A DNA stretch of 61,767 bases, filler included, from Choristocarpus tenellus KU-1152 (lineage: Eukaryota > Protista > Phaeophyceae), in assembly GCA_964200185.2 (NCBI GenBank). It is 14 parts of 14 records of this genome, joined end to end, with 100 filler letters (N's around TTAATTAATTAA, not from the genome) between each part and the next. Parts side by side here need not be neighbours in the genome. Positions count along the whole stretch, not along the records: positions 22,009 to 25,308 come from CAXNAD020020942.1; positions 25,409 to 33,711 come from CAXNAD020004873.1; positions 33,812 to 37,006 come from CAXNAD020021630.1; 11 more parts are not named here. One strand, written 5' to 3'. Shown here piece by piece: positions 22,719 to 35,477 of this stretch. Every line of letters begins with the position of its first letter. Within the stretch, counting starts at the first letter, position 1. Below the pieces are notes generated by a model. The model worked only from the letters and a program-made list of their open reading frames with translations, searched no databases and was not told where the DNA came from. The position numbers and the translations under genes were made by a program.

Positions 22719-25214
22719 CAGGGCAGCCCTGGAGGGGGTCAAAGGCGAGAGAGTGTGCCAACTGCTGGAGGCATGGGTCACCTCCTGAGGTACTACATTG
22801 AGAAGAGGGTGTGGGGGAAAGAGTATGAAGCAGTAAGATGGAAATTGCTGCACTGTCAGTGACCTGTTGCCAGCAGGTTCATCAGGTGTGGATGATCCAA
22901 ACATTCTACAAGTTCATCTCCAACATTTTTGCTGTAAAGAGTTATTATAACGATAACTTTATACATGTATCCTACCTTTGATTACCATGTGAATTTGAGA
23001 TGCTCTTAAACTAGTGGCGATAGAACAGAACCCTTCAATGCTCCCTTTCATTGAGATGAGGAATGTTGTATATCCTTAACAGGCAAGGAGTCTTTTATCT
23101 TTTTGTGAGATTACAGTAGCAGGGTTGAGGATGTCACATTCGTGAGTGAGTGGTACTTGAACCACTTGTGGACAGGCAGAATCTACCCAAAGGAAAGGAA
23201 GTAGGAGGTGGTAATCACACCATTTTGGGGAGGAGTGAGGTGATTCACACTGTTGAAATCCTATCAAACCATGGAATCTCTTCCAACCCCATGTTTTATG
23301 CAAGGCATGTTGAGCATTTAATTATATAAATTGTAGCATGTACTATAGCGCTTTGTATCTTTTACTACATACGGTAATATAAAGAGTACTCTGTTGACCC
23401 TTATGTTGCCATGGTCATTGTTAAGATTTAGTAGGTGCATAAAGGTGCAAACTTACACTTTTCAAAGATAATATAATGCATGATAGTAAAATCCACATCC
23501 TATACACACAATATCTCATCAAGGAAAGAGTAAAACCATCAACCCTTCAACGTGCTAACAACTCCTGTGCTCTACACAAGAGTTCAACCACTGGTAACTA
23601 TGTCAACAAAAAGACAACACATCATGCATCATACATCCTTGCCAACATGTGAGACCTGCACTATATAGTAGAGCTTCACATGTACAAACGCATCATTTGA
23701 AGAGTACCTAGAAAATACACATCCACAATCAACCATACACCCATCTCCATTCCCATGATAGGGAAAGTGTATTCTGATATCCCAGAAACTGTTGTGTAAT
23801 AAATAGTTAACACTACAGACCCACCATATCTTCTTTCTTTCCATTCCTTCACCTAGCAGAATCTATGAGTCAGACATCCCCAAGGAAAAGCACACCCCAT
23901 TCCACTATGTGCACACCCCCAACAACCTTCCACGATTCAGCTAACTACTTTTATGTACTCCAAGAAAGGCATGCACTGAATCTCACAGGGGTGGTCCATT
24001 TTGACCAAGTTTAAGACAGCAGCATCCTCTAGTCATAACTTTAATTTCCTTACTTGCTTGTCCCCCACACTCAACACATGACCAGTATCACCAGCACATA
24101 TGCCACTGTATCACATACTACATAGCAATAGTATTGACTTCAAGTCAGCTTGTAATGAACTTACTTGTAGTGAATTAAATACCAGTTGTGCGCTAAACAC
24201 ACACACCACGAAAATTTTGAGACTCTTGAATGAATAGATATTGCCCTTGAGAGCAAGGCTATTGATTAGGCTTTCAAACAAAGGGCTGGTACAGAACACA
24301 CCACTCAGCTCAGGTGGACTGTTCGATAGCATGTGCACATGCTGGTGGTCAGTAGAGGAAGTCAGGTACACAAGATAAAATGCAGGGTCAGGAAGGACAG
24401 GGATACCACTCACTTCAGGAAGTATGCTCCTCAAACCTCCAGATACAGAAACAAACAATATTGGCTTATGATATTTTTTCTGGGAACATCATAATACATG
24501 AAGTATTACCTTATCAGGAGTGCAAATACTGCCTTGTCAAGAGCTAGTGGTGCATCGAGCACAAGGGTAGTATATAGTATCAAAGTGCTGAGTGAGGGTG
24601 TGCACACATTTGGGAACAGGTCAAATTCATCCATAAACCCACCATGTCCATGTGGACCATGAAATAGTCTTGGAAGTGAGAAACCCGGAGACAATGTGGT
24701 GGGGACGCAGGGCATATAAAAATAGAGAGTGTAAGGGGTGTTAATGGAATAGCTCTAGGTCTAGACAAAAATTGATCCCTTAAGAAAAACATTGGTGTAG
24801 TCACTCCAAGTGGAAAGATGTCGATGAAAGCCATTCACCTCCACCAACCCTTGAATCAACCCATTGGTAAATCAGACAAAACTAGGATTCACATACAACA
24901 GTGTTCAATCCAACCTTACCACCTTGAATCCTACAACTGCCCCTGTCTGCATCAGCAGGGTCATCTTGACAATACCTGGAGTCACAGTTCCCTTTCTAGC
25001 AATATCTCAAACACGCCACCGGACTCACTACCTCTAGGAGGTCTTACCCATCTGCTAAACCACTGCAGTTTTCATCCATACAACCCATCAGACAAAGGTA
25101 GCCAGCTTAAAAACTGATTGCCATTACATACCATCCATCGAAACCATAACTGATTCAAGAGCCGTTCACCTCCAAAAATTTGATCATCCCTTTCCACACA
25201 TCTCATGCTCTACC

Positions 25215-25255
<41 letters not shown>

Positions 25256-25714
25256 ACCCTCCCCCCCCACCAAAAAGCCCGCGCCCACTGCTCTCCCCCC
25301 CCCCTCTCNNNNNNNNNNNNNNNNNNNNNNNNNNNNNNNNNNNNNNNNNNNNTTAATTAATTAANNNNNNNNNNNNNNNNNNNNNNNNNNNNNNNNNNNN
25401 NNNNNNNNTTCGGAGGTGTTGGGTTAGTTGGGTGTAACAGGGGGGGAAAGCATGGGGGGGGGGGGGAAGGTCAGGGGCGATAGAGATTTGGAGGATAACA
25501 AGTATCCCTTGTGGCTAAACTCTAATTTTAAAATATTGGGTACCATTTCATTTGACACTATCACCATCTCCTCTCACAGTTTGAGCAGGAGGTTCGCAAC
25601 CACCTAGCACTCCATGTCAACTGCACAGCACCTGCCTTGTCATACGCTCAATGTTTGACTATAAATGGAAGGGTGTCACAGGAATGATGTCGAATCTAGG
25701 AGAAAAGTTCCCAC

Positions 25715-26572
25715 CTGGTCACGACTATGCCAGAGAACTTCAGGAGCCCTAAACCCCATCGTGCCTCCTCTCTCCGCCTTGTTCAGCAACTCGTCATAGC
25801 CTCGATTGTCACGCTCTGACCGACCACGAGCCCTACCCTTTCCAGTCCTTCTAATCGGGGAGGGGTTACCCCTACGATTCATCCTCTCAACCTCCACATT
25901 GCTGAGGCCATCTGTATGACAGGACCTCAATGGTCGAGTGGTTGATTTCTCCCGAAATCTACCCAGGGCTTCCACCCTCGGCTGCCACTTATCTTCCGCT
26001 TCAGCAAGGCCGAAGTCGATAAGAAGGCCTGAACTTCTCGACACGGAATACATAAAATTGCTGGGCTTGACATCTCTATGAATGACCCCGTTTGAGTGTA
26101 CATGTTTCAGGGCTTCTAGAAGAGACCTCATATACAGCGCTATCCCGCTGCAGGAGAGGGTGGTCATATACTCCACAAAGTCATCATGTTCGAAGTATGG
26201 CATGACGAGACTGAAGCATCCGCCAGGTGTCTTGATGAGCTCTTCAACAGATACAACGTTATGCTGCCCCCCAAGCCTACACAAATGTTGATATTCATTA
26301 AGGATCCTTCCTGGAGAACAGGTTCGGTTAATGCGCTTCAGGACCACAACTCTTTCCTCCTCAGCACCACGATTCTTATCTTTAGTCCTTTCCCTTGCGG
26401 TCCAGCAGCTTCCAAAGCTACCCTTGCCACAGCAATCCAGTACTTCATACTCCTCTGGAAAGTCTCCCTCCCACCCTAACTTTACCTTGGTTGAGGGACC
26501 AATATCGCAGTGCGTATTGCTAGTGACGGGGAGAGCGAATGGGTCTATTTCTTCATGGGCGGAGGAATCCAT
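25715..26572 (-). CDS. CDC7: Cell division control protein 7 kinase, first exon (remainder not found on this contig)
   Basis: GKGSFG, VVLKRINRTCSPGRILNE..LGGQHNV, HRDVKPSNF, LIDFGLA, long kinase insert, RGGTMGFRAPEVL, all CDC7-typical; GT donor after SRDQ. Confidence 0.9.
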
Positions 26573-27023
26573 TTTCTTCAAACACAGTGAATAACTCTTG
26601 CCTTCATACTACCCCAGCTTACAATGCTAATCTATTCCAAGTCTTATTTGTTCACCATTCCAAACTTCGTCATACATTCAAAATATCACTTCGTATGCTG
26701 ATGATGTTGGAATATTCTACCGTATCGTATGCCTTGAAACCGCCCAAGAAACGTGACTCTCCTCTAGAGTCACGTTTCGACATGATCAACCCCAACAACA
26801 ACAACCGTTCACGAGCTCGATTGCTGAGACTATAGCACGGGTTGACCTTCTCGCATATTTTTTCCTGGCAGCGTCACCCCAAGAGAAAAGGGGTTCAATC
26901 TGGACAACAGGGAAACTCCGAGGAGCGAAGGAGGAGAAAAGCAACATACTTCCGTTCCCTGGGACTGCGCGGAAGCTGGGGCGGTCGTCCTGCACGGACG
27001 CCCCCCGTACCTGGCCCAACAGA
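26573..27023. promoter_or_regulatory. Probable bidirectional promoter between CDC7 and the Kelch gene, with a perfect 13-bp inverted repeat at 26748-26778
   Basis: Divergent starts about 450 bp apart; GAAACGTGACTCT-cctct-AGAGTCACGTTTC. Confidence 0.55.
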
Positions 27024-28640
27024 ATGGGCGCCAAGTACTCGGCCGTGCACTGTATGAAAAACGGAATGCATCAACCACCAATGGAAGGATCAGGGCCAAA
27101 GAACAGCGGGTTTAGGGACTGCCACCAACAGTGGGTCCGCTTGCAAACCAGTGGAAGATCACCGTCACCTAGATCAGGACACGACGTTGTGGTTATTGGA
27201 AACAAGGCCTACCTCTTCGGTGGCTGTGGGGGAGAACAGGTGGGTTGTACTTAAGATAGTTGAGAGGAAGCTTCACTTTTCGGACCTTCACCACATAGAC
27301 TTGTTGTGGCAGGGTCATAAACCTTTGTATCACGGGCATTGCCCTCGCCCCTGACCCTCGGAAGCAATCTTCGATGGGGCGAGAACCATGACCACTGCAC
27401 GGTGACCACAAATTATTAATGTTCTGTTCTTGTTTGAAGATAGAGTGAAGATTACATCTATTGAAGGTGAGACCAAGTAATCTCGACCACGGGAGGCGGT
27501 TTCGCAACAATGTCAGGCTTCCAATGTACGACTCGATCCGTAGAATCGTCGAGTCTATCCTGTCCGCTCAAACAATGCCACCAGTTTCAAAATTCGCACC
27601 TTCCGGTTCCATTACTGCCTTTGCAGGACCAAATCACTTGTCTCAATGACGTATACGTGTTCGACCTGGAACTACACCGATGGGATAAGGTGGTTGTAAA
27701 GGGAGATGCGCCGCTTCCACGAGCGTCTTTCGGAATGTGCGCTGGGCCCACGCCAGGCACTCTTATCGTGGCAGGCGGTACAGGGGTGGAGATGGATAGC
27801 TTGAGGGCTGATGTGGTTGAGTACAGCATCGTGAATCGGAAATGGACAAAAGTTTTGACAGACTCCGAGGAAACCCCTTGCAAGTTCTATGGACAGAGTG
27901 TGTGCACTTACGGTGACAACCTTCTCCTTTTTGGTGGCTCAACAGGGCTACATTACACGAACGATCTATACGAGTACAATGTGCGAGCCAATAAGTGGAG
28001 ACGATTGGTCACCTCTGGTAAGCGACCATCTCCCCGTTATAAGCATCAGTCAGTAGTAGTAGGTGATAAAATGTACGTGATTGGGGGCGGATGTTTCAAG
28101 CCAGAGCAAAGCAGTATCGATCTCTATTGCCTCGACCTTGTGACATTGGTGTGGGAGGAAACGGAAATGAAGGGGGAACTCCCAAAGGCACGTGTTGCCC
28201 ACAGTTGCAGCTTTGACTTGGAGACAGACACAATCTATTTGTGGGGAGGCTTTACAAGTGAGCTCAGTCGTCTACAAGACTTCTTCACTTTTCACTGCCC
28301 CACCAAGACCTGGGCACAAGTTGAAGGGATTGCAGGACCAAATGCGGGTGTGGTGGCACCAGCAGTTACAACAGAAGACACCCCTCCTGCGAGGGCATTC
28401 CACTCTGCCATCTTCTACTTAGGGGGATTGTATGTCTTCAGTGGCGCAAATGGGGACGTTCGATACTCTGATGTATGGAGGTTTCAGGTGCGAGCTTCCC
28501 CACCACAGCTGGCAATGCTGGTCGCCCACAAGCTGCGATCTGGAGGGGCAGATGTGACGAAAGATCTAGAATATATCCTTCCAGACGAGATTTTGCAGGG
28601 GCTTATGCTAATGAACGAGCATGCTGAAAAACTTTGTTAG
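27024..28640 (+). CDS. Kelch-repeat protein, KLHDC10/KLHDC3-like (exons 27024-27239 and 27627-28640; start ATG uncertain)
   Basis: Six Kelch blades (PSPRSGH..FGG; PRASF; FYGQS..FGGSTG; PRYKHQ..GGG; ARVAHSC..WGG; ARAFHS); phase-0 GT-AG intron; C-terminal PPQLAMLVAHKL..LPDEIL. Confidence 0.88.
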
Positions 28641-29118
28641 ATGGACAGATGGAGTAGTGGAAGCAGCAGGTGCAGTTGTCATCCACTGGATACTCCCACT
28701 GGCAGATTGATTGTGACAAGCACAAATTGCCTAGCTGATCTTAGGGTTGTGCTGTGTCTATGCATTTGTATCTATTGATGAGTGTTTCTTGGTCATTTTT
28801 GTAAGGAAGAGTACGGGCAAGTGAGTGAGTGCCCCAGAGGGTGCGATCTGATACTCTTGAAGTGGGAGGAGAGGAGAGTAGGGTGGTGTGTATCGTGGTG
28901 AATTAGTACAAATAAGTTTCATTGCATTATTTTTTTTCATTCTGTATTGGGGGGAGTTTAGGGTGCTGCCCTCTAATATTTTGTTCCATGTTTGTGCTGC
29001 TGCTTTCCCAAGGCTGCATGTTGGCGTGCTTGCATCTTCTCTTTTGTGTTGGACCTGAAAGTGAACGAAGCTCTCTAAGTCTTCCAATTTCAAACGAGGG
29101 CACAGGTGTGTCACAGGG

Positions 29119-29240
29119 TTAGGGAGAATTTCGAATTGTCTCGATTTTATTTTTTCAAGACATGCGGGACAAACATCCCGGTCAGATTAAAAAAAAATTC
29201 TTTAGCTACGGGATCTACAACAACAGAAATTCTCCCTTAA
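29119..29240. mobile_element. Short TIR element with TTA(A)-GGGAGAATTT ends
   Basis: TTAGGGAGAATTTC ... GAAATTCTCCCTTAA inverted pair. Confidence 0.5.
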
Positions 29241-29353
29241 ACCGACCCTCCATCAACTTCCCTGATTTGCGCCAAATGAATGCAGCACATGACAAATAGC
29301 TATGCACTATTTGACCAGGGGACTGTTGCGATGCACTGAGTTTGCCCCTGTAC

Positions 29354-29640
29354 TAGCTAAATTAAATGAGAGATGCCCAGGTTCGGCCGTCTTGTGTTTT
29401 TTATGCCGTTTTTGTTTCAATCTTTTGCAACTCGCCCTTATTACATATATCTTTTTATGTCTATGGATGAAGGCCTAAGATTGATTTGAGAGCGTCAATT
29501 TCTCACTTGTTTGAATATTTTTGTAACATAAATTTCAGGAAAGTCCTTTACACACATTTGTATACAAAGAGCAGAATTTTGAACTTTTTTTACCTCATCC
29601 CTAAAATGCAACCCTGGGTACCTTTGGCTCACTTCGGCTC
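29354..29640 (+). mobile_element. Family C MITE, diverged
   Basis: CTATGGAT..CTAAG.TTGA.TTGAGAGCGT..ATTTCTC shared with the 13147 copy; right end AAATGCAACCCTGGGTACC..CTTCGGCTC. Confidence 0.72.
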
Positions 29641-30019
29641 TTTTATTGGATTGTGTATATTCCATTGATGGTCAGGCTCTATCTCTGTGACAGTTTATGC
29701 CAATCTATCTGAAGCCAAGCCAAGTCCGTGGAATGTAGGGATGACACAAAAAAGGCAGACAGCAAGGCTTCCTTCAACAATTTATCGACCATACCATCGA
29801 CTACACTATCCTCTATCTGAGTGAATCCCCTAGCCAAGGCACTAGGTTGCCCCCAGGAAAGGACATACCCCCCCCAAACACCAAGAGATGACACCCATCC
29901 CCAATTGTGGCATTCGTTTCCAATCTGCATGCGTGTGATAAGCCCCCCCCTCCAAAATATGTTGCTAAAGATTCAACTGCGCTGTCAATTGGAGCACCAA
30001 ACTTCATTACTTGGACCCT

Positions 30020-30201
30020 GGTTCAAAGTATCTGGTGGGGGGTGGCAACTGTCCATTTGGGGCCCATTTTTCCATGTCGCAATTTTTGGGTGATTTGGAT
30101 TGCATGCGTCAGATGGATAAAGTAAGTGAAAATTTCCTGGTCAGCGCCCAAATGGACACCCTGGTGTAGACCCTCCCCTGCCCCCGCAGATACTTTGAGT
30201 C
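30020..30201 (-). mobile_element. Family A MITE, full length, 4-bp TSD CCCT
   Basis: CCCT-GGTTCAAAGTATCTG ... CAGATACTTTGAGTC-CCCT. Confidence 0.93.
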
Positions 30202-32548
30202 CCCTGGCTTGCAGGGCACTACATTTCTCAAATAATATGTACTGTTGCTTTGTGCCCTACACCCAAGCTGACTACAGCGCTCCATCCTTTCCGTACCTCT
30301 TTGTCTCACTATAGATTTTCCCTCGCCACTACGTCACACAATTTGTATCGACCCACACAAGTCCACAACCTGGTAATTCCCTGGCAACTATCGGAAATAA
30401 TCACCTCTTTCCTTGTCATGTCTTTGAGGGTGATTGGGAATGCCCCAAAGTTTAATTCCCACTAGAGTGCCATGGCTATAGGGCTGAAATGTCCCCCAGG
30501 TTGCTACTCTTGTCAGCTTTGCTGAAAGAGCAATACCACATGGATATGAGAGCATGAGGGTACTGCGTGCTATGCCCAGTCATTTCCTGCACACTCTACC
30601 ACGACTGGTCTTGCTTCCGTCTCAGCAGCAACTGGAGCTTCACTTCTTGCTATGGGATACAAAGTAGTACCTAATATTTCCATTACTTGAGTGTTTGGAA
30701 GGGCTTGATAGCAGTAGTCAGTGCGAAAATTGAGGTCATCCCCACTCCTACAGAGTATAGCTCTATCAGCATAGTAAATAGAGTTATTTCTAGACGAGAA
30801 AAAAGCAACAAGACCACACAAATGAGGGGCATAGATGTTGCGGTTGTTGTTATTATGTGGTTGCTGTCGTTATCCGTGTGGCTCCTTTCTGTCCTGCCGC
30901 AGTTGGATGGTGAATTTTGTGTGGGCGGATGTATCAACACAAGCAGACTGGACGTTTTCTGTCGCCTTCAATCCTGTTCACACTGACTAGTGTACACAAA
31001 GGGAGTCAGGTGTCTTGACACATGCTTCCCTTGCAAGTAATAATCAATCACCACCACCTGGAAAAAAAACAAACCAAACCAGACAGCTCCATCTTCCCTG
31101 GCGGAAAGAACAAAAAACGTGTTAAAAATAAAAATGCGATGTGCTACTGCAAAGGTTATGTCCTCTTATTGAGCCTAACCCCAACCCTAAGTATTACAAT
31201 AGCAAGGAGGCAGGTGGAGATTAAGTTACTCAGTCCCAGCAAATTGCTCAGTAAAAGAGACTGCTTCTCCCCCCTTTTAGGGGGAAGTGATTTTTTTTGG
31301 GCTCTGGGTCAAGTGTGTCCTCGGAACAGGTTGCCCAGTAGTGACAACAGCCGTGATCCGTGTACCCTGTTTGATGGCTTGTGCAGTAAACATGACCATT
31401 CTGTGCAAGCATCACGTTTGCTGGTACACATAAACTCATCGCCCACTTCCTGCAAGGACCGACCTGCAGCATCAGTGCCCCCCCCCTCGCGTTTGAAACC
31501 TGCATCTAGCCCTAACGCTCTCCCTTCACCTACAAGGTATGGTGACTTCTTGCTTAGAGTTTTTCTAGGAAAATACTTCAAATCATCCTCCCACCATTAC
31601 CCAGAGAGTGTATTTCCACTCCACTTTCAATACCATTGCCATCAACACCACCACCAACCAGTCACCTCCTGTGGCACTAATACTCTCCACCATACTGATC
31701 GGGATACACAAACCTGGTGACTTTGGGGGGACAGTTCAGTCAGTTACAAGTCTTGCAGAGGTGGGAATGAGACATCATGGGCATTCAACTCAGACAGAGG
31801 ATGCAGGGTTCGAGGAAGGGCAAGATGCATCACCATTGTTGAAATTTGAAATGTATATATATATTTTTTACCGGTCTCCCTTTTTGGAGAGGGCAAAGAA
31901 AGCAGCTGCACTGGGGGCGGAGGAAAGTGCATATGTGGTTTGTTGGGTAAGGCACCACTGCTCTCGCAAACAGGGCATCAAAAGACTTTCAGAGGCAACT
32001 TGCTCAAGAGGTTTGGCTCCACTATCTTCGGGTAGCAAGGACTAAGAAACGAGCAAGGGGTAGGAGTACAGAGATAGCAAAGAACTGCCATGAGGGGACC
32101 ATACTCACAGATAGATGCATATATATATATGTGTGCACGGAGAATACATATTGATGAGTCACGCTCCTTTGCCAGCTGTGATCAAGGTTCTGTCTTTGAA
32201 GTGATGCAAGAAAACGGAGGAAGTTATTATTCTCTTGCTGTGAATGAACAATACTGTTGTGGGAGATTGTTTATCACGATTGCTATTGTCGTGAGGCAGG
32301 GTCCAATCAGTCATGGAGGGTGTTAATAATCACCAGTTGTGTCAGAGGGGGGTCGTAGGTGTTCTCTGAATGATTCGCTTTCTCAGTGAATGGAGAAGAA
32401 AATGAAACTGTGATCGTTCCTGGAGTCGTTGAACAGCGGTTTTCATCAAGGAAAGGGTTGTAGAGAGGGTGTGTTGTCTAAGAGACTAGGCGTCACTCAG
32501 GGTGATTCAATGCTTGCAATCTATGGTGCGGTGTGGTACAACATCAGT

Positions 32549-32890
32549 TTGAAGGTACTTTGGAAGGAACTCTTGAAGGTACTTTGGAAGTAACTCTTGA
32601 AGGTACTTTGGAAGTAACTCTTGAAGGTACTTTGGAAGTAACTCTTGAAGGTACTTTGGAAGTAACTCTTGAAGGTACTTTGGAAGTAACTCTTGAAGGT
32701 ACTTTGGAAGGAACTCTTGAAGGTACTTTGGAAGTAACTCTTGAAGGTACTTTGGAAGGAACTCTTGAAGGTACTTTGGAAGGAACTCTTGAAGGTACTT
32801 TGGAAGGAACTCTTGAAGGTACTTTGGAAGGAACTCTTGAAGGTACTTTGGAAGGAACTCTTGAAGGTATTTTGGAAGGTACTATTGAAG
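32549..32890 (-). repeat. 24-bp tandem repeat (about 14 units) reading PSKV(P/T)SRV on the minus strand
   Basis: TTGAAGGTACTTTGGAAG(G/T)AACTC units with 12-bp subperiodicity. Confidence 0.95.
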
Positions 32891-33061
32891 GGGCCTGTGG
32901 TTGGTTCATCTAGGAGTGAGCTTCCCTCTGATCAACTGCATCTCTATGCTGTGCTAGCAGTAGTGTGAACTGGATATCAGAATGAAGAAGTAGCCCCTGT
33001 GTATCCTGCTGAGCTGATTCACGGCGATAAAAAACCCGATCAATATGTGGAAAACATGTGC

Positions 33062-33160
33062 AAACTGCTTGAGGGCCTTAACCCTAACCCTAACCTCCCA
33101 CAAACGAGAGTAAACTGCTTGAGGACCCTAACCCTAACCCTAGCCTCCCACAAACGAGAG
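33062..33160. repeat. 50-bp tandem duplication containing (CCCTAA)n telomeric repeats
   Basis: AAACTGCTTGAGG..CCTAACCCTAACCCTA.CCTCCCACAAACGAGAG twice. Confidence 0.9.
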
Positions 33161-33531
33161 CTGATTTTAACTAGAGCTCAAGATCCTTCCTGAAGGTATA
33201 AACTAGTGCCAACTATTGCGGTCAAGTATCACCAACTTGGTTGAAGTTCATACCCAACTTGTGGTGCTCTCTTTCCTTCCCCCTCGCCCCCCCCCTGTAA
33301 AATGAGTCGCGATTGATGGGACACGAGTTTAGTTATTTAGTTATTATTTTACCCTAACTCTAAGTCCACGCGTGCATTTTTTTTTTTGCCCACTCACTAG
33401 TTTCCCAACAACAAGATGACACACAACAAGCTGGCTCAGAATTGGGCTTTGTTATTGCTTGTTTGTTAGTTTGTACTGGGGACAGTATAGTTAATTCGGA
33501 GTATAAAAATAAACCTGGCACAGACTTAAAT

Positions 33532-33711
33532 GGCTTAAAGTATCTGGTGGGGGGTGGCGGCTGTCCATTTGGGGTCAATTTTTTCATGTCGGGATTTTTG
33601 GGTGATTTGGTTGCATGCGTCCGATGGAGAATGGAAATGCACTTTTCCTTATTTTGACTCAAATGAACACCCTGGTGTAGATGTCGTCCCTCCCCAACAC
33701 CCCCGCCACCC
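33532..33711 (-). mobile_element. Family A MITE, truncated by linker
   Basis: GGCTTAAAGTATCTGG start and family A body. Confidence 0.88.
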
Positions 33712-33811
33712 NNNNNNNNNNNNNNNNNNNNNNNNNNNNNNNNNNNNNNNNNNNNTTAATTAATTAANNNNNNNNNNNNNNNNNNNNNNNNNNNNNNNNN
33801 NNNNNNNNNNN

Positions 33812-33891
33812 GCCAAAATTCCGTCGAACTTACAACATTGGATTTTGCCCCCCAAATGGACGCGGCTCTACCCTCTAAGATACTTTGGCTC
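33812..33891 (+). mobile_element. Family B MITE right end
   Basis: CAAATGGACGCGGCTCTACCCTCTAAGATACTTTGGCTC. Confidence 0.88.
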
Positions 33892-33968
33892 AATCGCACA
33901 GACACACTTCTTAATCGACCACTCACTGTCTGTGCACACTTACAATCATCTCGCCCTTTATTTTCCAG

Positions 33969-34845
33969 AAGTCTGCCAAGCGTCAAACTAGCCCAAAACT
34001 CCAAGTTTTCGTTTTCATCACATATTGACATCTATGATTTATCAAACGCTTGTTCCAGGAATAGGTCGCACAGATCACTCCAAAGAAAATGCCATCACAT
34101 CGAACTGGTCACAGGACGCCGCCACAGTACCAACACTGACTCCAACACTTACCACCCCTCCCCTAATACGCACAATCACCACAACCCTTAGGAATGGACG
34201 GAAAAGAATGGCAGACAGCACAGTAACACGTCTAAGAAACTTCTATACATTGACATGTTTCGAACACAGGAGATAGTCCACCTCCCAGCTTACAAGATCG
34301 ACCGTACGGGACGACACGACCCACATGTCCCAAACCTCGGTGGCATCAAGTCCATGCACAGGTTCTTAACTGGTCGACTCACCACCGGAGAGTCCCGTAC
34401 ATTGATATACACTGAACTATCGTGCTACTGCATGAACTCTTCCTTCGGCAACCTGGCCCAATGCAGGTGGCAATTAACCCACGTGCCCCCGCTTAAGGAG
34501 ATAGACCTTGGATTTTCCACGGAAACAGGAACGGGCATTATGTATCTGAGAAGCCAGCTGTCGAGGAAGAAGAGACAGCTCGCTGAGGGGAACATATGCA
34601 TTGTGCGGACGCAGCCATCGGAGTACAATGGTATAGAGTTCTTGCCGTTCACTGTCCACTGCAAGGACACAATTCAATGGAATGCCAGGCACCACTCCAG
34701 CTACGGAGGGACGTTCAATGCTGGAGATGAGGTCGTCTTTGTCACTGAAGACTTCGAGGTGCTGAGTGCGAGATTTGTTGATGGAGTGCCAACTATTCGC
34801 ATGTCACGGACGGACAAGATGAGAAACGCTTCTTATTGTTTCTAA
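33969..34845 (+). pseudogene. Probable DNA transposase C-terminal region, Sola2-like, frameshifted
   Basis: RNFY..EIVHLPAYKIDR..NLGGIKSMHRF..LIYTELSCYC..C resembles the I-G-x3-H-x-F ... SCxC C-terminal region I associate with Sola2-type transposases; no catalytic DDD core visible. Confidence 0.45.
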
Positions 34846-35477
34846 CAGAACAATGCTCCACAGGAATGATTTCACGCTGACCATATACAGATGTTACATA
34901 TCCCCTGATATCCCCTCATACCCAAATAAAATCCCCCCAAATAACGTCCAACCCCGACATCCAAACCAGTGTCATTTTTTTCTCCTGCTCTACAACCGCA
35001 ACCGCGAACATCGACTTTCACAGAATATTTTACAAGATTGTAGGGCAAATTAGCGTATCCCATTCCTCCATTTCGCTGTCTAAGTGTATCCTCTATATCC
35101 TACAAGAAACTCTCCATTCCTCAAAACCAAAACAAACAAGTCCCCTATACAACCAAACAAGGCTATCACGGACAAACACACGCCAATAGTCCAACACACC
35201 AACACAGCCCCTGCAACGAACATCTTTGTGTTGATGCAGGAGGCACAACCGGGTCCCCGCGTCATGCCCCTTCAGGCTATCATGATCCCAGACTTCATAG
35301 ACATCCCCCACAACCACCTGGACAACACATTTGCGATCCTGCCTGGTCAGTACCAGGGGTTCACCACAGAATCCAACTGGCAATCCCTCGATGCGATACC
35401 TGCTCGCTTCTCAAGACAACTCAGACTTGGGGACACACATCCGACATCAGGTTCGGTCGAGGAACCAGCTTCATCGT

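Noticed and set aside
24100-25150. Possible decayed retroelement ORFs
   Set aside because: Only faint fragments, no diagnostic motif I can support.
26082-28422. Antisense and alternate-frame ORFs over CDC7 and the Kelch gene
   Set aside because: Shadow ORFs of real coding exons.
22009-28640. Phosphatase, CDC7 and Kelch genes as a functional cluster
   Set aside because: The phosphatase is on a different contig; only CDC7 and the Kelch gene are truly adjacent.
30570-31750. Short minus-strand ORFs as exons of a gene linked to the PS repeat
   Set aside because: No recognisable domain and no consistent splice path.
32549-32890. 24-bp repeat array as CRISPR
   Set aside because: Head-to-tail units with no unique spacers, no cas genes, eukaryotic context.
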